A DNA stretch of 32,000 nucleotides, taken from contig NZ_CP007754.1 in assembly GCF_000757865.1 (NCBI RefSeq), positions 1,200,001 to 1,232,000 on the forward strand, written 5' to 3'. The translations under genes were made by a program, and so were the position numbers. Shown one piece after another: positions 14,535 to 23,017 of this stretch (its first letter is position 1; every line of letters starts with the position of its first letter). The notes below the pieces were generated by a model that saw only the letters and a list, made by a program, of their open reading frames with translations, did not search any database and was not told the DNA's origin. The DNA is from Prochlorococcus sp. MIT 0801 (GTDB lineage: Bacteria > Cyanobacteriota > Cyanobacteriia > PCC-6307 > Cyanobiaceae).

Positions 14535-14576
14535 TTATTCATATTAGTAAGAAGATCTTCTTACTAATATGAATAA
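14535..14576. repeat. Perfect 42-bp palindrome between the small membrane ORF and sulP
   Basis: TTATTCATATTAGTAAGAAGA|TCTTCTTACTAATATGAATAA. All 21 pairs verified by hand, with no spacer. Confidence 0.9.
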
Positions 14577-14584
14577 ATAAATGA

Positions 14585-14764
14585 TTAATCAGACTCCTCT
14601 TTCCTTTCAATAAATGAATCCATCAATTTTTTGTATTCATTCTCTCTTGAGCTTTTTGCAAAGCCGACAATAAAAACGATAGATGAAACTACTATCAAAG
14701 CTAGTATTGTTGGATTGAGACCCATTTCACTAGCAGTCAAAGCAAAGAATAAATGAGTTATCAT
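14585..14764 (-). CDS. Hypothetical 59-aa membrane protein
   Basis: MITHLFFALTASEMGLNPTILALIVVSSIVFIVGF followed by a charged tail. ATG 14764 (track start TTG 14773). Confidence 0.45.
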   Translation of the reverse strand: MITHLFFALTASEMGLNPTILALIVVSSIVFIVGFAKSSRENEYKKLMDSFIERKEESD

Positions 14765-14879
14765 TAAATGCAAAGATACTTTTAAAAAGACTAAGTTGAA
14801 TAGGACAATCTTGAAAGATTTTTAGACAGAAGTTTATTTTTTATATAAATTAAATCTAAGAATAAAAACATAATTATAT

Positions 14880-15176
14880 CTATTTTTCTTTTATTAAACT
14901 GACAAACTCTTCAGTAGTTAAAGCAGGCTTATACTCCCAAATCATTCCAAATTTATCTCTCCAGGATCCAAAAACCTTAAATAAAATTGATGCACTTGAA
15001 GCTCTGCAAATGATTACTCCTGTTCCGTCTTGTGGCGTGTGTGCCCAAGTAATTCTCTCATAGCCATCAATAAGATCTTCAGATTTTCCACTTTCAACAT
15101 AATCTACAAATGCTTCCGATGAATAATTTTGATCCTCAGAAGATTCGAATTTCCAAGTAACTATATACAGCTGCAT
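14880..15176 (-). CDS. Conserved-looking hypothetical 98-aa soluble protein
   Basis: Clean ATG ORF of balanced composition (MQLYIVTWKFESS..). I cannot name the family with confidence. Confidence 0.6.
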   Translation of the reverse strand: MQLYIVTWKFESSEDQNYSSEAFVDYVESGKSEDLIDGYERITWAHTPQDGTGVIICRASSASILFKVFGSWRDKFGMIWEYKPALTTEEFVSLIKEK

Positions 15177-15213
15177 TTTTTATTTTTCGTAGGACTTTTA
15201 TTCTATCTGAAAA

Positions 15214-15537
15214 TTATTTTTTATCTCTAAAACCAGGTTCAAACTGCCTTCGTGCTGCCTGTGTTCTAAGTATTAACTGCCTTCCGGAACTAGAAAGAGT
15301 AAACCTCAAAGCTTTTCCAGACTTAAACATTGCCTCTCCAATTGCCCTCGTTCTTGATAATTCAATTTGGTAGGCCCTTGCAACGGCTCTCTCTGCATCA
15401 ACATTTGCCAACTTTGCCTGTTGGGCCAAACGTTTAGTTTTTGATTTTGGAATAACTGAGAGTTCGCTTTCAGGTTCTGCCCACCTCCATAACCAATTAG
15501 AATTGGATCTTGTGATCGAAGAAGATTTCTTAACCAT
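15214..15537 (-). CDS. Hypothetical 107-aa basic protein
   Basis: ATG preceded by GGGAATGGGGG. Preferred over the overlapping alternative-frame ORF 15306..15602. Confidence 0.5.
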   Translation of the reverse strand: MVKKSSSITRSNSNWLWRWAEPESELSVIPKSKTKRLAQQAKLANVDAERAVARAYQIELSRTRAIGEAMFKSGKALRFTLSSSGRQLILRTQAARRQFEPGFRDKK

Positions 15538-15549
15538 ACCCCCATTCCC

Positions 15550-15576
15550 ATAAAACGAAGAGGCATTTGATGCCTC
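15550..15576 (-). terminator. Hairpin plus U-tract just upstream of the 107-aa gene
   Basis: On the minus strand: GAGGCAT-caa-ATGCCTC followed by TTCGTTTTAT. 7-bp perfect stem at 15560-15576. Confidence 0.4.
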
Positions 15577-15796
15577 ACATAGACCCTAACCGCTACAGGC
15601 AAGAAAAAAGGATTGAAATTGCAAAAAAAAAATGAAAGTTAAAAAAGTGCTTGATAATCAAAACAAATTTCTTATTTTAAAAATAAATTATCATCTAACT
15701 ACAATCATCAGAAAAATGTTGAAATCTAAAAAATAAAGTTCTTAAAAAATTAAAAAAAATAGAGATATAAATAAAATTTTTATCCTTCTTTCCTAA

Positions 15797-15883
15797 TCAA
15801 AATTTAAAGGGTAAATCCATTAAAGCCCAAAAATACAAAGATAAATTAATTGCAATTGCAGCTCCTACTGTAAGTTTTTTCAT
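15797..15883 (-). CDS. Possible 28-aa hydrophobic peptide
   Basis: MKKLTVGAAIAINLSLYFWALMDLPFKF. It is the only plausible ORF in the long AT-rich intergenic region and lies upstream of the 15550-15576 hairpin. Confidence 0.2.
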   Translation of the reverse strand: MKKLTVGAAIAINLSLYFWALMDLPFKF

Positions 15884-15973
15884 ACAAAAGTAAATTACTA
15901 TATTTATAATTCAGCAACAAACTTAATTTTGAGAAAGTATTTATATTCTCATCAACACATTAGTCCTTAATCT

Positions 15974-16333
15974 TTATAGGTTTTCAGGCAGGAAAAGTAG
16001 TCCTGACCTGCAATCATCAAGAAGTTCTCTGATTTTAACTAATTTCGATTCAAGTACTTGGTTGGCCTTTACAGAGATCCAAATAGGTTGTATTAATTCA
16101 TTTTTGGGTCCAAGTCTAACGCGAGCTCCAAACCAGGTTGCATGTGAAGGGATTGAGGCTCTGCATAGTATTTCATTAATTGTTAAATCAACCTTTCTCT
16201 CGACAAGCCAATCTTCAACAAAGATCAAATTAGTAAACTTATTCAACCCAGCATTTACTGATGTAGTAATACAGGAAATCAAGAGCGCTCGAAATAAATA
16301 GTTCTTCAAAAACCCAGAAGTGCTTATCACCAC
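15974..16333 (-). CDS. Hypothetical 119-aa protein with an N-terminal signal-like segment
   Basis: Track ORF with a GTG start. LFRALLISCITTSVNAG is signal-peptide-like. Confidence 0.5.
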   Translation of the reverse strand: MVISTSGFLKNYLFRALLISCITTSVNAGLNKFTNLIFVEDWLVERKVDLTINEILCRASIPSHATWFGARVRLGPKNELIQPIWISVKANQVLESKLVKIRELLDDCRSGLLFLPENL

Positions 16334-16363
16334 AGCTTATATAGCAATAGTCTTAAAAAAAAA

Positions 16364-16435
16364 TGGGTCGCCTGAGATTCGAACTCAGGACCAGCCGGTT
16401 AAAAGCCGGATGCTCTACCACTGAGCTAGCGACCC
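16364..16435 (-). tRNA. tRNA-Lys (anticodon UUU)
   Basis: Reverse complement: GGGTCGC TA GCTC AGTGGTA GAGC A TCCGG CTTTTAA CCGGC TGGTC CTGAG TTCGAAT CTCAG GCGACCC A. Length 72 nt, good cloverleaf. Confidence 0.93.
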
Positions 16436-16624
16436 CTATCAGACCAATATTAATAGTCCAATATGAAAAATATCACGTTGGCGAAGCATTAATGACCTTA
16501 ATGTTCCTTTTTGAGGACTATAAAACAATATTAAAGATATTTTTTTCCTTCCTCATTGATTTTTTAGATATTTCTGAAGTCTTAATAAATAGCTGAGGGA
16601 CATGAGAATACTATTTAATTAAGC

Positions 16625-18049
16625 TTGTATAAAAAAAACCACAGTTTGAAAGAATATCCATCGGTAACGGTAATAGGCGCTGGTCTGGCAGGGTCAGAGG
16701 CAGCATGGCAAATAGCAAGCGCAGGAATAAATGTAACTCTCTTCGAAATGCGCCCAAAAAAGAAATCCCCAGCTCACCACTCATCAGAATTTGCAGAATT
16801 AGTTTGCAGTAATAGCTTTGGAGCGCTTAGTAGCGACAGAGCCGCAGGGCTTCTACAAGAAGAGTTAAGAACATTAAAGTCAATTGTTATCAACAAGGCT
16901 GATAAACACTCTGTTCCTGCAGGAGGGGCGCTTGCAGTCGATAGGAGTCAATTCAGTCTTTCCATAACAAATGAACTGTCTTCTCATCCCCTAATAACAA
17001 TCATTAGAGATGAGTGTCCTTTTCTACCGAAGGCCCACCAAATAACAGTTTTAGCCACAGGTCCTTTAACAAGCGAGTTACTTGCAGAAGACATCAAAGA
17101 ATTTACAGGTAAAAAAGAATGTCATTTTTTTGATGCTGCTAGTCCAATAATTACTGGGGAAAGTATTGATTTTTCAACAGCATTTCGGGCAAGTAGATAC
17201 GACAAAGGCGATGCTGATTACGTTAATTGTCCGTTGAATGAAGATTCATATTTAAAGTTTCACTCTGAATTAATCAAAGCTGAACAAGCTGAATTAAAGA
17301 ATTTTGAAAAAGAATCTGCTCAATTTTTTGAAGGTTGCCTTCCTATAGAGCAACTTGCAAAAAGGGGAATAGAGACTATGCGTTATGGGCCGTTAAAGCC
17401 GATAGGGCTTTGGGATCCAAGATGGGGTGATGTCAACGACAAAAGTGTCCGGAGGCTTAGGAGAGCCCATGCGGTCGTGCAACTAAGACAAGAAGACAAG
17501 TCTGGTCAATTATGGAATCTCGTTGGATTTCAAACAAATTTAAAATGGGGCGAGCAAAAACGTATATTCAGGATGATTCCTGGCTTATCAAAAGCAGAGT
17601 TTATTCGTTTTGGAGTTATGCATAGAAATACTTTCCTTGAATCTCCAAAGCTCATAGAACCAACGCTTCAGTTCATAAATAGAAAAACTTTGTTTGCTGC
17701 TGGACAACTCACTGGCACAGAAGGTTATGCTGCGGCTATTGCGGGAGGTTGGTTAGCTGGAACCAATGCAGCATTATTAGCAAAGGGATTAGATACGATT
17801 ACTTTGCCATCGTCTACAATGATTGGAGCATTGACAAATTTTATAAGCAACAGTCAAGCAAGTTTACGAGTAAAAAATAAAAAAAACTTTCAACCAATGC
17901 CGGCTAATTTCGGATTACTGCCTGAACTCCATAACAGAGTTCACGACAAACGCGAAAGGTATAAAGAATACCGAGACAGAGCATTGAATCAAATAAAAAA
18001 GGTACGCGAAACTTTATTGGATAAAAGCTCTTACCCCACGACCATTTAA
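16625..18049 (+). CDS. trmFO: Methylenetetrahydrofolate--tRNA-(uracil-5-)-methyltransferase TrmFO (Gid)
   Basis: [21 protein letters not shown]-binding motif; ELVCSNSFG; ..[17 protein letters not shown]. Length ~470 aa. There is no in-frame ATG upstream of the GAGLAG motif, so a TTG start is implied (16625 or 16646). Confidence 0.9.
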   Translation: MYKKNHSLKEYPSVTVIGAGLAGSEAAWQIASAGINVTLFEMRPKKKSPAHHSSEFAELVCSNSFGALSSDRAAGLLQEELRTLKSIVINKADKHSVPAGGALAVDRSQFSLSITNELSSHPLITIIRDECPFLPKAHQITVLATGPLTSELLAEDIKEFTGKKECHFFDAASPIITGESIDFSTAFRASRYDKGDADYVNCPLNEDSYLKFHSELIKAEQAELKNFEKESAQFFEGCLPIEQLAKRGIETMRYGPLKPIGLWDPRWGDVNDKSVRRLRRAHAVVQLRQEDKSGQLWNLVGFQTNLKWGEQKRIFRMIPGLSKAEFIRFGVMHRNTFLESPKLIEPTLQFINRKTLFAAGQLTGTEGYAAAIAGGWLAGTNAALLAKGLDTITLPSSTMIGALTNFISNSQASLRVKNKKNFQPMPANFGLLPELHNRVHDKRERYKEYRDRALNQIKKVRETLLDKSSYPTTI

Positions 18050-18064
18050 ATTTTTTTGAACATC

Positions 18065-19627
18065 ATGACTCAATTATCAAATAAAACTAAAGATGCTTGC
18101 AACTGGGATTCGATAGTTATTGGTTCCGGTCTTGGTGGATTAGTAACTGCAAGTCAACTAGCAAGCAAAGGTGCAAAAGTTCTTGTGCTGGAACAGTATA
18201 AAATTCCTGGTGGAAGTGGGGGATCATTTAAAAGAAAAGGCTTTACTTTTGATGTTGGAGCATCAATGATCTTTGGATTTGGTGATAAAGGATACACAAA
18301 TTTACTAACGCGAGCTCTTAAAGATGTTGGACAAGAATGTGAAACGATTCCTGACCCAACACAATTGGCATATCATCTACCCAATCAATTAGAAATTTCA
18401 GTTGATAGAGATTATCAGAAATTCATTACTAAGCTAATAAATTTATTTCCCCATGAAGAGAAAGGAATAAAACATTTTTACGAAAAATGTTGGGATGTCT
18501 TTAATTGTCTAGATTCAATGCCTTTACTTTCAATAGAGGATCCTGCATATCTAATGAAAGTTTTTTTTAAATCACCTTTATCTTGTCTTGGACTGGCTAG
18601 ATGGTTGCCAGTAAATGCCGGCGATGTTGCTAGGCGATATATCAAAGATCCCGATCTATTGAAATTTATTGATATTGAATGTTTCTGCTGGTCAGTTATG
18701 CCTGCCGACTTGACTCCTATGATAAATGCTGGAATGGTCTTTTCTGATAGACATTACGGAGGTATTAACTATCCCAAAGGAGGTGTAGGAATTATTGCAG
18801 AAAAGCTAGTGAAGGGAATTAAAAATCTGGGGGGAGAAATTAGATATAAATCAAGAGTAAAAAAAATAATTTTTGATAAAGAAAATGCCATAGGTGTTTC
18901 CCTTGAAAATAATGAAGAAATTTTTAGTAAAACAGTGGTTTCTAATGCAACAAGATGGGATACATTTGGTGGTCAGGGGATTAAGAATCCACTTGTAGAA
19001 ACAGAGAGAAAACCAACGTTTGAGAAAAAATGGGAAAACAGATACAGACCCTCCCCTTCATTCTTATCTCTACACTTGGGAGTAAATGAAGACTCTATAC
19101 CTGCTAACACCCATTGCCATCATCTACTTCTCGACAAATGGGAAGAAATGGAGAAAGAACAGGGAGTTACTTTCGTATCAATACCAACTCTCTTAGATCC
19201 CGCATTGGCACCTTCAGGTAGCCATATAGTTCATGCTTTTACTCCTTCTTCAATGGATAACTGGGATGGATTAAGCAATAAAGAATATCTTGCAAAGAAA
19301 AAAGAAGATGGGGATAAACTTATTTCAAAGTTAGAGAATTTATTTCCTAACCTAAGTCAAAATATCCTTCACAAAGAGATAGGAAGCCCAAGAACACATA
19401 AAAGATTCCTTTCAAGAAACAAAGGAAGTTATGGACCAATTCCAGCAATAAGATTGCCTGGACTTCTACCCATGCCATTTAACACTACAAAGATTAATGG
19501 GCTTTATTGTGTTGGAGATTCGTGCTTCCCCGGTCAAGGTTTAAATGCTGTGGCTTTCAGCGGATATGCCTGTGCTCACAAAATCGGCACAAAGCTTGGG
19601 ATTAACAAATGGGAGCTTCCAGAATAA
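18065..19627 (+). CDS. crtH: Carotenoid (prolycopene) isomerase CrtH-like FAD-dependent oxidoreductase
   Basis: DSIVIGSGLGGLVTASQLASKGAKVLVLEQYKIPGGSGGSFKRKGFTFDVGASMIFGFGDKGYTNLLTRAL is the characteristic CrtH/CRTISO N-terminus. ~520 aa. ATG 18065 (track start TTG 18056). Confidence 0.85.
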   Translation: MTQLSNKTKDACNWDSIVIGSGLGGLVTASQLASKGAKVLVLEQYKIPGGSGGSFKRKGFTFDVGASMIFGFGDKGYTNLLTRALKDVGQECETIPDPTQLAYHLPNQLEISVDRDYQKFITKLINLFPHEEKGIKHFYEKCWDVFNCLDSMPLLSIEDPAYLMKVFFKSPLSCLGLARWLPVNAGDVARRYIKDPDLLKFIDIECFCWSVMPADLTPMINAGMVFSDRHYGGINYPKGGVGIIAEKLVKGIKNLGGEIRYKSRVKKIIFDKENAIGVSLENNEEIFSKTVVSNATRWDTFGGQGIKNPLVETERKPTFEKKWENRYRPSPSFLSLHLGVNEDSIPANTHCHHLLLDKWEEMEKEQGVTFVSIPTLLDPALAPSGSHIVHAFTPSSMDNWDGLSNKEYLAKKKEDGDKLISKLENLFPNLSQNILHKEIGSPRTHKRFLSRNKGSYGPIPAIRLPGLLPMPFNTTKINGLYCVGDSCFPGQGLNAVAFSGYACAHKIGTKLGINKWELPE

Positions 19628-19648
19628 CTACAAAAAAAATGCTTTAAA

Positions 19649-20413
19649 TCATGAAGGCAAGTTATCAAGGCTAAACCTATAACCCTGCTGGCGAACAGTT
19701 GTAATTCCTCCACCATCACCAAGCCCTGCTTGTTCCAGTTTTCTTCTAAGCGTCAAAACCTGTGTATCAACTGAACGAGGACCGCCACTAAATGGTGGCC
19801 AGGCCATTCGAAGCAGCTCATGGCGGCTCCTTACCATGCCAGGTGGCATCAACAAGGCGCACAATAAAGCAAATTCCCTTGGACTTAGTTCTACAGGTTT
19901 CTCTCGCAAGGTGACCTGCCTGAGAAGGAGATGAACTTCAAGAGGACCAACCGCGACACGTTCCTGTAAACCAATTCTTCCCCTTTTAAGTAAAGTCCTA
20001 CACCTAGCAGCTAATTCTTCTAAGCCAAAAGGTTTCCTTAAAACATCATCAGCTCCATCATCTAAAAGTCCAACAACGGGTTCAACTCCTGTTCTTGCAG
20101 TCAGAACAATCACTGAACATCCCAGTTGTTGTGCAAGTCGAAGCGCTGAGCTTTTTTCTAATAGCTCAGCACTAACTAATAAATCAGGTGATTGGTCTCG
20201 ACAAAGATCAACTGCCTCCTCAGCAGAACCCACTGCTGCGGCCAGCTGTCCATCTTGCCTGAGCCTCTGAACCAAAACAGTTCTGAGAGTTGGATGTGGT
20301 TCTACAACAAGCACCTTGGAGGGTGATTGTGTGGCTCCTTGATTAGGAGAAGAACCTGAGGAGGATCCTTGGATTTGCTCAGTAGCAAGCTGATCTGCAG
20401 GTATTAATGTCAC
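19649..20413 (-). CDS. OmpR/PhoB-family response regulator with an atypical (pseudo-)receiver domain
   Basis: Receiver-like VLVVEPHP..PDLLVSAELL..VIVLTART..GADDVLRKPF, followed by a winged-helix domain (LSPREFALLCALL..VDTQVLTLRRKL..VRQQGYRF). GTG start; there is no in-frame ATG in the N-terminal part. G+C is markedly higher than in flanking genes. Confidence 0.8.
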   Translation of the reverse strand: MTLIPADQLATEQIQGSSSGSSPNQGATQSPSKVLVVEPHPTLRTVLVQRLRQDGQLAAAVGSAEEAVDLCRDQSPDLLVSAELLEKSSALRLAQQLGCSVIVLTARTGVEPVVGLLDDGADDVLRKPFGLEELAARCRTLLKRGRIGLQERVAVGPLEVHLLLRQVTLREKPVELSPREFALLCALLMPPGMVRSRHELLRMAWPPFSGGPRSVDTQVLTLRRKLEQAGLGDGGGITTVRQQGYRFSLDNLPS

Positions 20414-20501
20414 AACTTAGAAAAGTAGACCCTTAGACTGGAGAAGATAATAAAGCAAACTGTTCGCTCACTATCAAGATTAGTACTTGTCTTAGCAAAC
20501 C

Positions 20502-20771
20502 ATGACATCTTTTGATTCTCCAGAGGCAATAAAACACTTCCAATCAATTTGTGATGCCTGTCAAGAGTTAACAAGTCGATACTACGGTCCATCTGAGTTG
20601 AGGATCTATGCAGATGGATATTTACATTCTCTCAGGAATTGCAAGAGATTAGACTCTAGGGATCAAGAGAAGTTAGAAGCATTAATTGATAGATGGATTA
20701 TGGATCCTTCAAGCTTTATTGGTCCTGATGGTGATATGAATAATCTCTTTTTTCAAAAAGAACCTGGATAA
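20502..20771 (+). CDS. Conserved-looking hypothetical 89-aa protein
   Basis: Clean ATG ORF, divergent from the response regulator. No family named. Confidence 0.6.
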   Translation: MTSFDSPEAIKHFQSICDACQELTSRYYGPSELRIYADGYLHSLRNCKRLDSRDQEKLEALIDRWIMDPSSFIGPDGDMNNLFFQKEPG

Positions 20772-20789
20772 AAAGCAAAAAGTCACAAG

Positions 20790-21113
20790 TTATGAAGCTA
20801 GTGCAATTTCTAACTTTTCTTTCAATTCTCCAGAGTTGTACATGCTTATCAATATATCTGAACCACCCATAAATTCTCCTTTTAAATAAACTTGGGGTAT
20901 GGTCGGCCAATTTGAATATTCTTTTATACCCTCACGAATTTCCATATCTGAAAGCACATCAAACGTTTCAAAGCTCATTCCCAATGAATTTAAAATTTGA
21001 ACAACATTGTTAGAAAAACCACATTGTGGCATTAACTTATTGCCTTTCATAAAAACAAATATTGGTTTTGACTTGATTAAGCATTCAATCTTTGAGCGAG
21101 TGTTAGGATCCAT
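20790..21113 (-). CDS. grxD: Monothiol glutaredoxin (Grx4/GrxD type)
   Basis: CGFS active site (MPQCGFSN), WPTIPQVY and GGSDI motifs. 107 aa. Confidence 0.92.
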   Translation of the reverse strand: MDPNTRSKIECLIKSKPIFVFMKGNKLMPQCGFSNNVVQILNSLGMSFETFDVLSDMEIREGIKEYSNWPTIPQVYLKGEFMGGSDILISMYNSGELKEKLEIALAS

Positions 21114-21123
21114 GATGGAAAAA

Positions 21124-21354
21124 TTAATTAGGTGTTGAGGTTTTCAAGGCCAATGCATGAATTGTTTCGGTTTTCAATTCATTTTTTAACGAACCATAAA
21201 CAAGTTGATGTTGCTGTACAAGAGATAAACCGGAGAATTTTGCAGATACTACATTGACTTCAAGGTGATCACCTCCTCCCATATCTTTAACATCAATTTG
21301 AGCATCAGGAAGTGATTGCTTTATTAGGAGAGTAACTTCTTTGGCTGTAATCAT
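21124..21354 (-). CDS. BolA-family protein
   Basis: ..DVKDMGGGDHLEVNVVSAKFSGLSLVQQHQLVY..IHALALKT is the BolA pattern. It lies adjacent to grxD, the usual functional partner. ATG 21354 (track TTG 21360). Confidence 0.85.
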   Translation of the reverse strand: MITAKEVTLLIKQSLPDAQIDVKDMGGGDHLEVNVVSAKFSGLSLVQQHQLVYGSLKNELKTETIHALALKTSTPN

Positions 21355-21433
21355 TTGCAAATAAGAAATTTAAAGTGAATTTAGAGGGATAAATTAAATG
21401 TGAGGGCTAAGGATTTAACTAAGCAAAATCATA

Positions 21434-22282
21434 TTATCTTCTACCAACAGCTAACAAAGCCGATTGTTCAGCACTTCTCATACTTTTGGAAAGTTCAAGA
21501 TTGAAGTCATTTGTAGATTGCTTAAAATCCCTCGAAATAATTATTGGTTTAGAGAAACAAATTGATGCAGATCCATAAAACTTTGGGATAACATCGCTGT
21601 AGGCCAAACCTACTGGAACAACTTTAATTTCCAACCCTTTGTTAGAGGCTAGTTGAGCTAAACGAATCAGGCCTTTTTTCAGTTTCACAGGCTCGCTAAA
21701 TCGATTTATCTTTCCTTCTGGGAATACAACTAATTGCTGACTTGAAATCAACAAATCCACTGCATACCTAAGAGTAGTTAAAGAAGGTCTTCCTTGATCA
21801 ATTGGAAAACAACCCAACCTGTTTAAGAACCAACCTTGTAAACCTCTCATTTCTGATCTGGTGACCATGTATCTACAATCTCTATTTGTAATCCTTCTCC
21901 CAGCAGCCATAGTCAACATCAAAGCATCCCATCTAGATCTATGAGTGGGAGCAAGTACAACAGAACCACTTAAAGGTAAATTTTCTCCACCCATAACTAT
22001 TCTTCTTCGAAAAAAATTGTTCAACGCAAAATCTTGGGTAGCAAACATCGCTAATCGACTCCAGAAAGGGTCAACCCCGAGGCATATTTTTTTTTCTCTA
22101 TGAAGAAGGGGCAAAAAATCCCTCTTTATCAAACTATGTAATGAAGTTAACTCCGAAAGCTTTATTATTAACGGTCGGACTGGGCAGTTACTCCAGCGGC
22201 TAAACCTTATTTTGCTTTTGATGAATACAATCAAAGTACATTTTAAATACCTATGGCAAGTCTTGGCGTAAACATTGATCAC
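21434..22282 (-). CDS. 1-acyl-sn-glycerol-3-phosphate acyltransferase-like (PlsC family) protein; start uncertain
   Basis: H(x)4D motif APTHRSRWD and VFPEGK motif. The longest ORF overlaps the pdxJ 5' end head-to-head by 30 nt, so the true start is probably an internal non-ATG or ATG codon. Confidence 0.75.
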   Translation of the reverse strand: MINVYAKTCHRYLKCTLIVFIKSKIRFSRWSNCPVRPLIIKLSELTSLHSLIKRDFLPLLHREKKICLGVDPFWSRLAMFATQDFALNNFFRRRIVMGGENLPLSGSVVLAPTHRSRWDALMLTMAAGRRITNRDCRYMVTRSEMRGLQGWFLNRLGCFPIDQGRPSLTTLRYAVDLLISSQQLVVFPEGKINRFSEPVKLKKGLIRLAQLASNKGLEIKVVPVGLAYSDVIPKFYGSASICFSKPIIISRDFKQSTNDFNLELSKSMRSAEQSALLAVGRR

Positions 22283-22984
22283 ATAGCAAATGTCCGAGAA
22301 GCTCGTAAGACATTTGAACCTGACCCAGTAAAAATGGTTCTTTTAGCGGAATTAGGTGGTGCTGACGGTATAACAGTTCATTTAAGAGAAGATAGAAGGC
22401 ATATTCAAGATAGAGATCTAAATCTTCTAAAAGAGACTGTGCATACTCGACTAAATCTTGAAATGGCTGCGACTGAAGAAATGACTTCAATAGCACTGAA
22501 TCTCAAGCCAGATATGGTTACGTTAGTTCCTGAAAAAAGGGAAGAGGTCACGACAGAGGGAGGACTCGATGTCACTAAAAACAAAAGCAAATTAAAGGAA
22601 ATAATTCAACGTCTTTCAGATGCGGATATTCCGGTTAGTCTTTTTGTTGATCCAGTCCAAGCTCAATTAGAAAATTGTGCTGAAGTTAAGGCCGCATGGA
22701 TTGAACTGCATACAGGTAAATATGCAATCACAAAAAACCAGGCAAGAAATCTAGAATTATCTATTCTTAAAGAGAGCACAGCTAAAGCAAAATCATATGG
22801 TTTGAGAGTAAACGCAGGGCATGGATTGACATATCAAAACGTTGAACCGATTGCAGCTATTGAAGGGATTGAAGAATTAAATATTGGACATACAATTATA
22901 TCTAGAGCCCTTTCAGTAGGTCTATCTCAGGCAGTAAAAGAAATGAAAAGCCTAATTATCAATCCGAGAAAAGACAACTTCTAA
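22253..22984 (+). CDS. pdxJ: Pyridoxine 5'-phosphate synthase
   Basis: [69 protein letters not shown] are canonical PdxJ motifs. 243 aa. Confidence 0.93.
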   Translation: MASLGVNIDHIANVREARKTFEPDPVKMVLLAELGGADGITVHLREDRRHIQDRDLNLLKETVHTRLNLEMAATEEMTSIALNLKPDMVTLVPEKREEVTTEGGLDVTKNKSKLKEIIQRLSDADIPVSLFVDPVQAQLENCAEVKAAWIELHTGKYAITKNQARNLELSILKESTAKAKSYGLRVNAGHGLTYQNVEPIAAIEGIEELNIGHTIISRALSVGLSQAVKEMKSLIINPRKDNF

Positions 22985-23017
22985 CTTTGAAAATATCTGC
23001 AAATCGCATTTGGACTC

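Noticed and set aside
15306-15602. 98-aa alternative-frame minus-strand ORF overlapping 15214..15537
   Set aside because: It would read through the 15560-15576 hairpin and has no ATG; its longest-frame start is the non-ATG codon at 15602. The 107-aa frame has an ATG with a G-rich upstream element. Only one of the two can be real.
16363-16596. 77-aa plus-strand track ORF
   Set aside because: Its first ~24 codons are the antisense of tRNA-Lys. The rest is AT-rich intergenic DNA upstream of trmFO.
22253-22282. 30-nt head-to-head overlap of the pdxJ and acyltransferase coding regions
   Set aside because: It is most simply explained by over-extension of the acyltransferase ORF to the farthest ATG. 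The conserved acyltransferase core starts well downstream, so a later start is likely rather than a real overlap.
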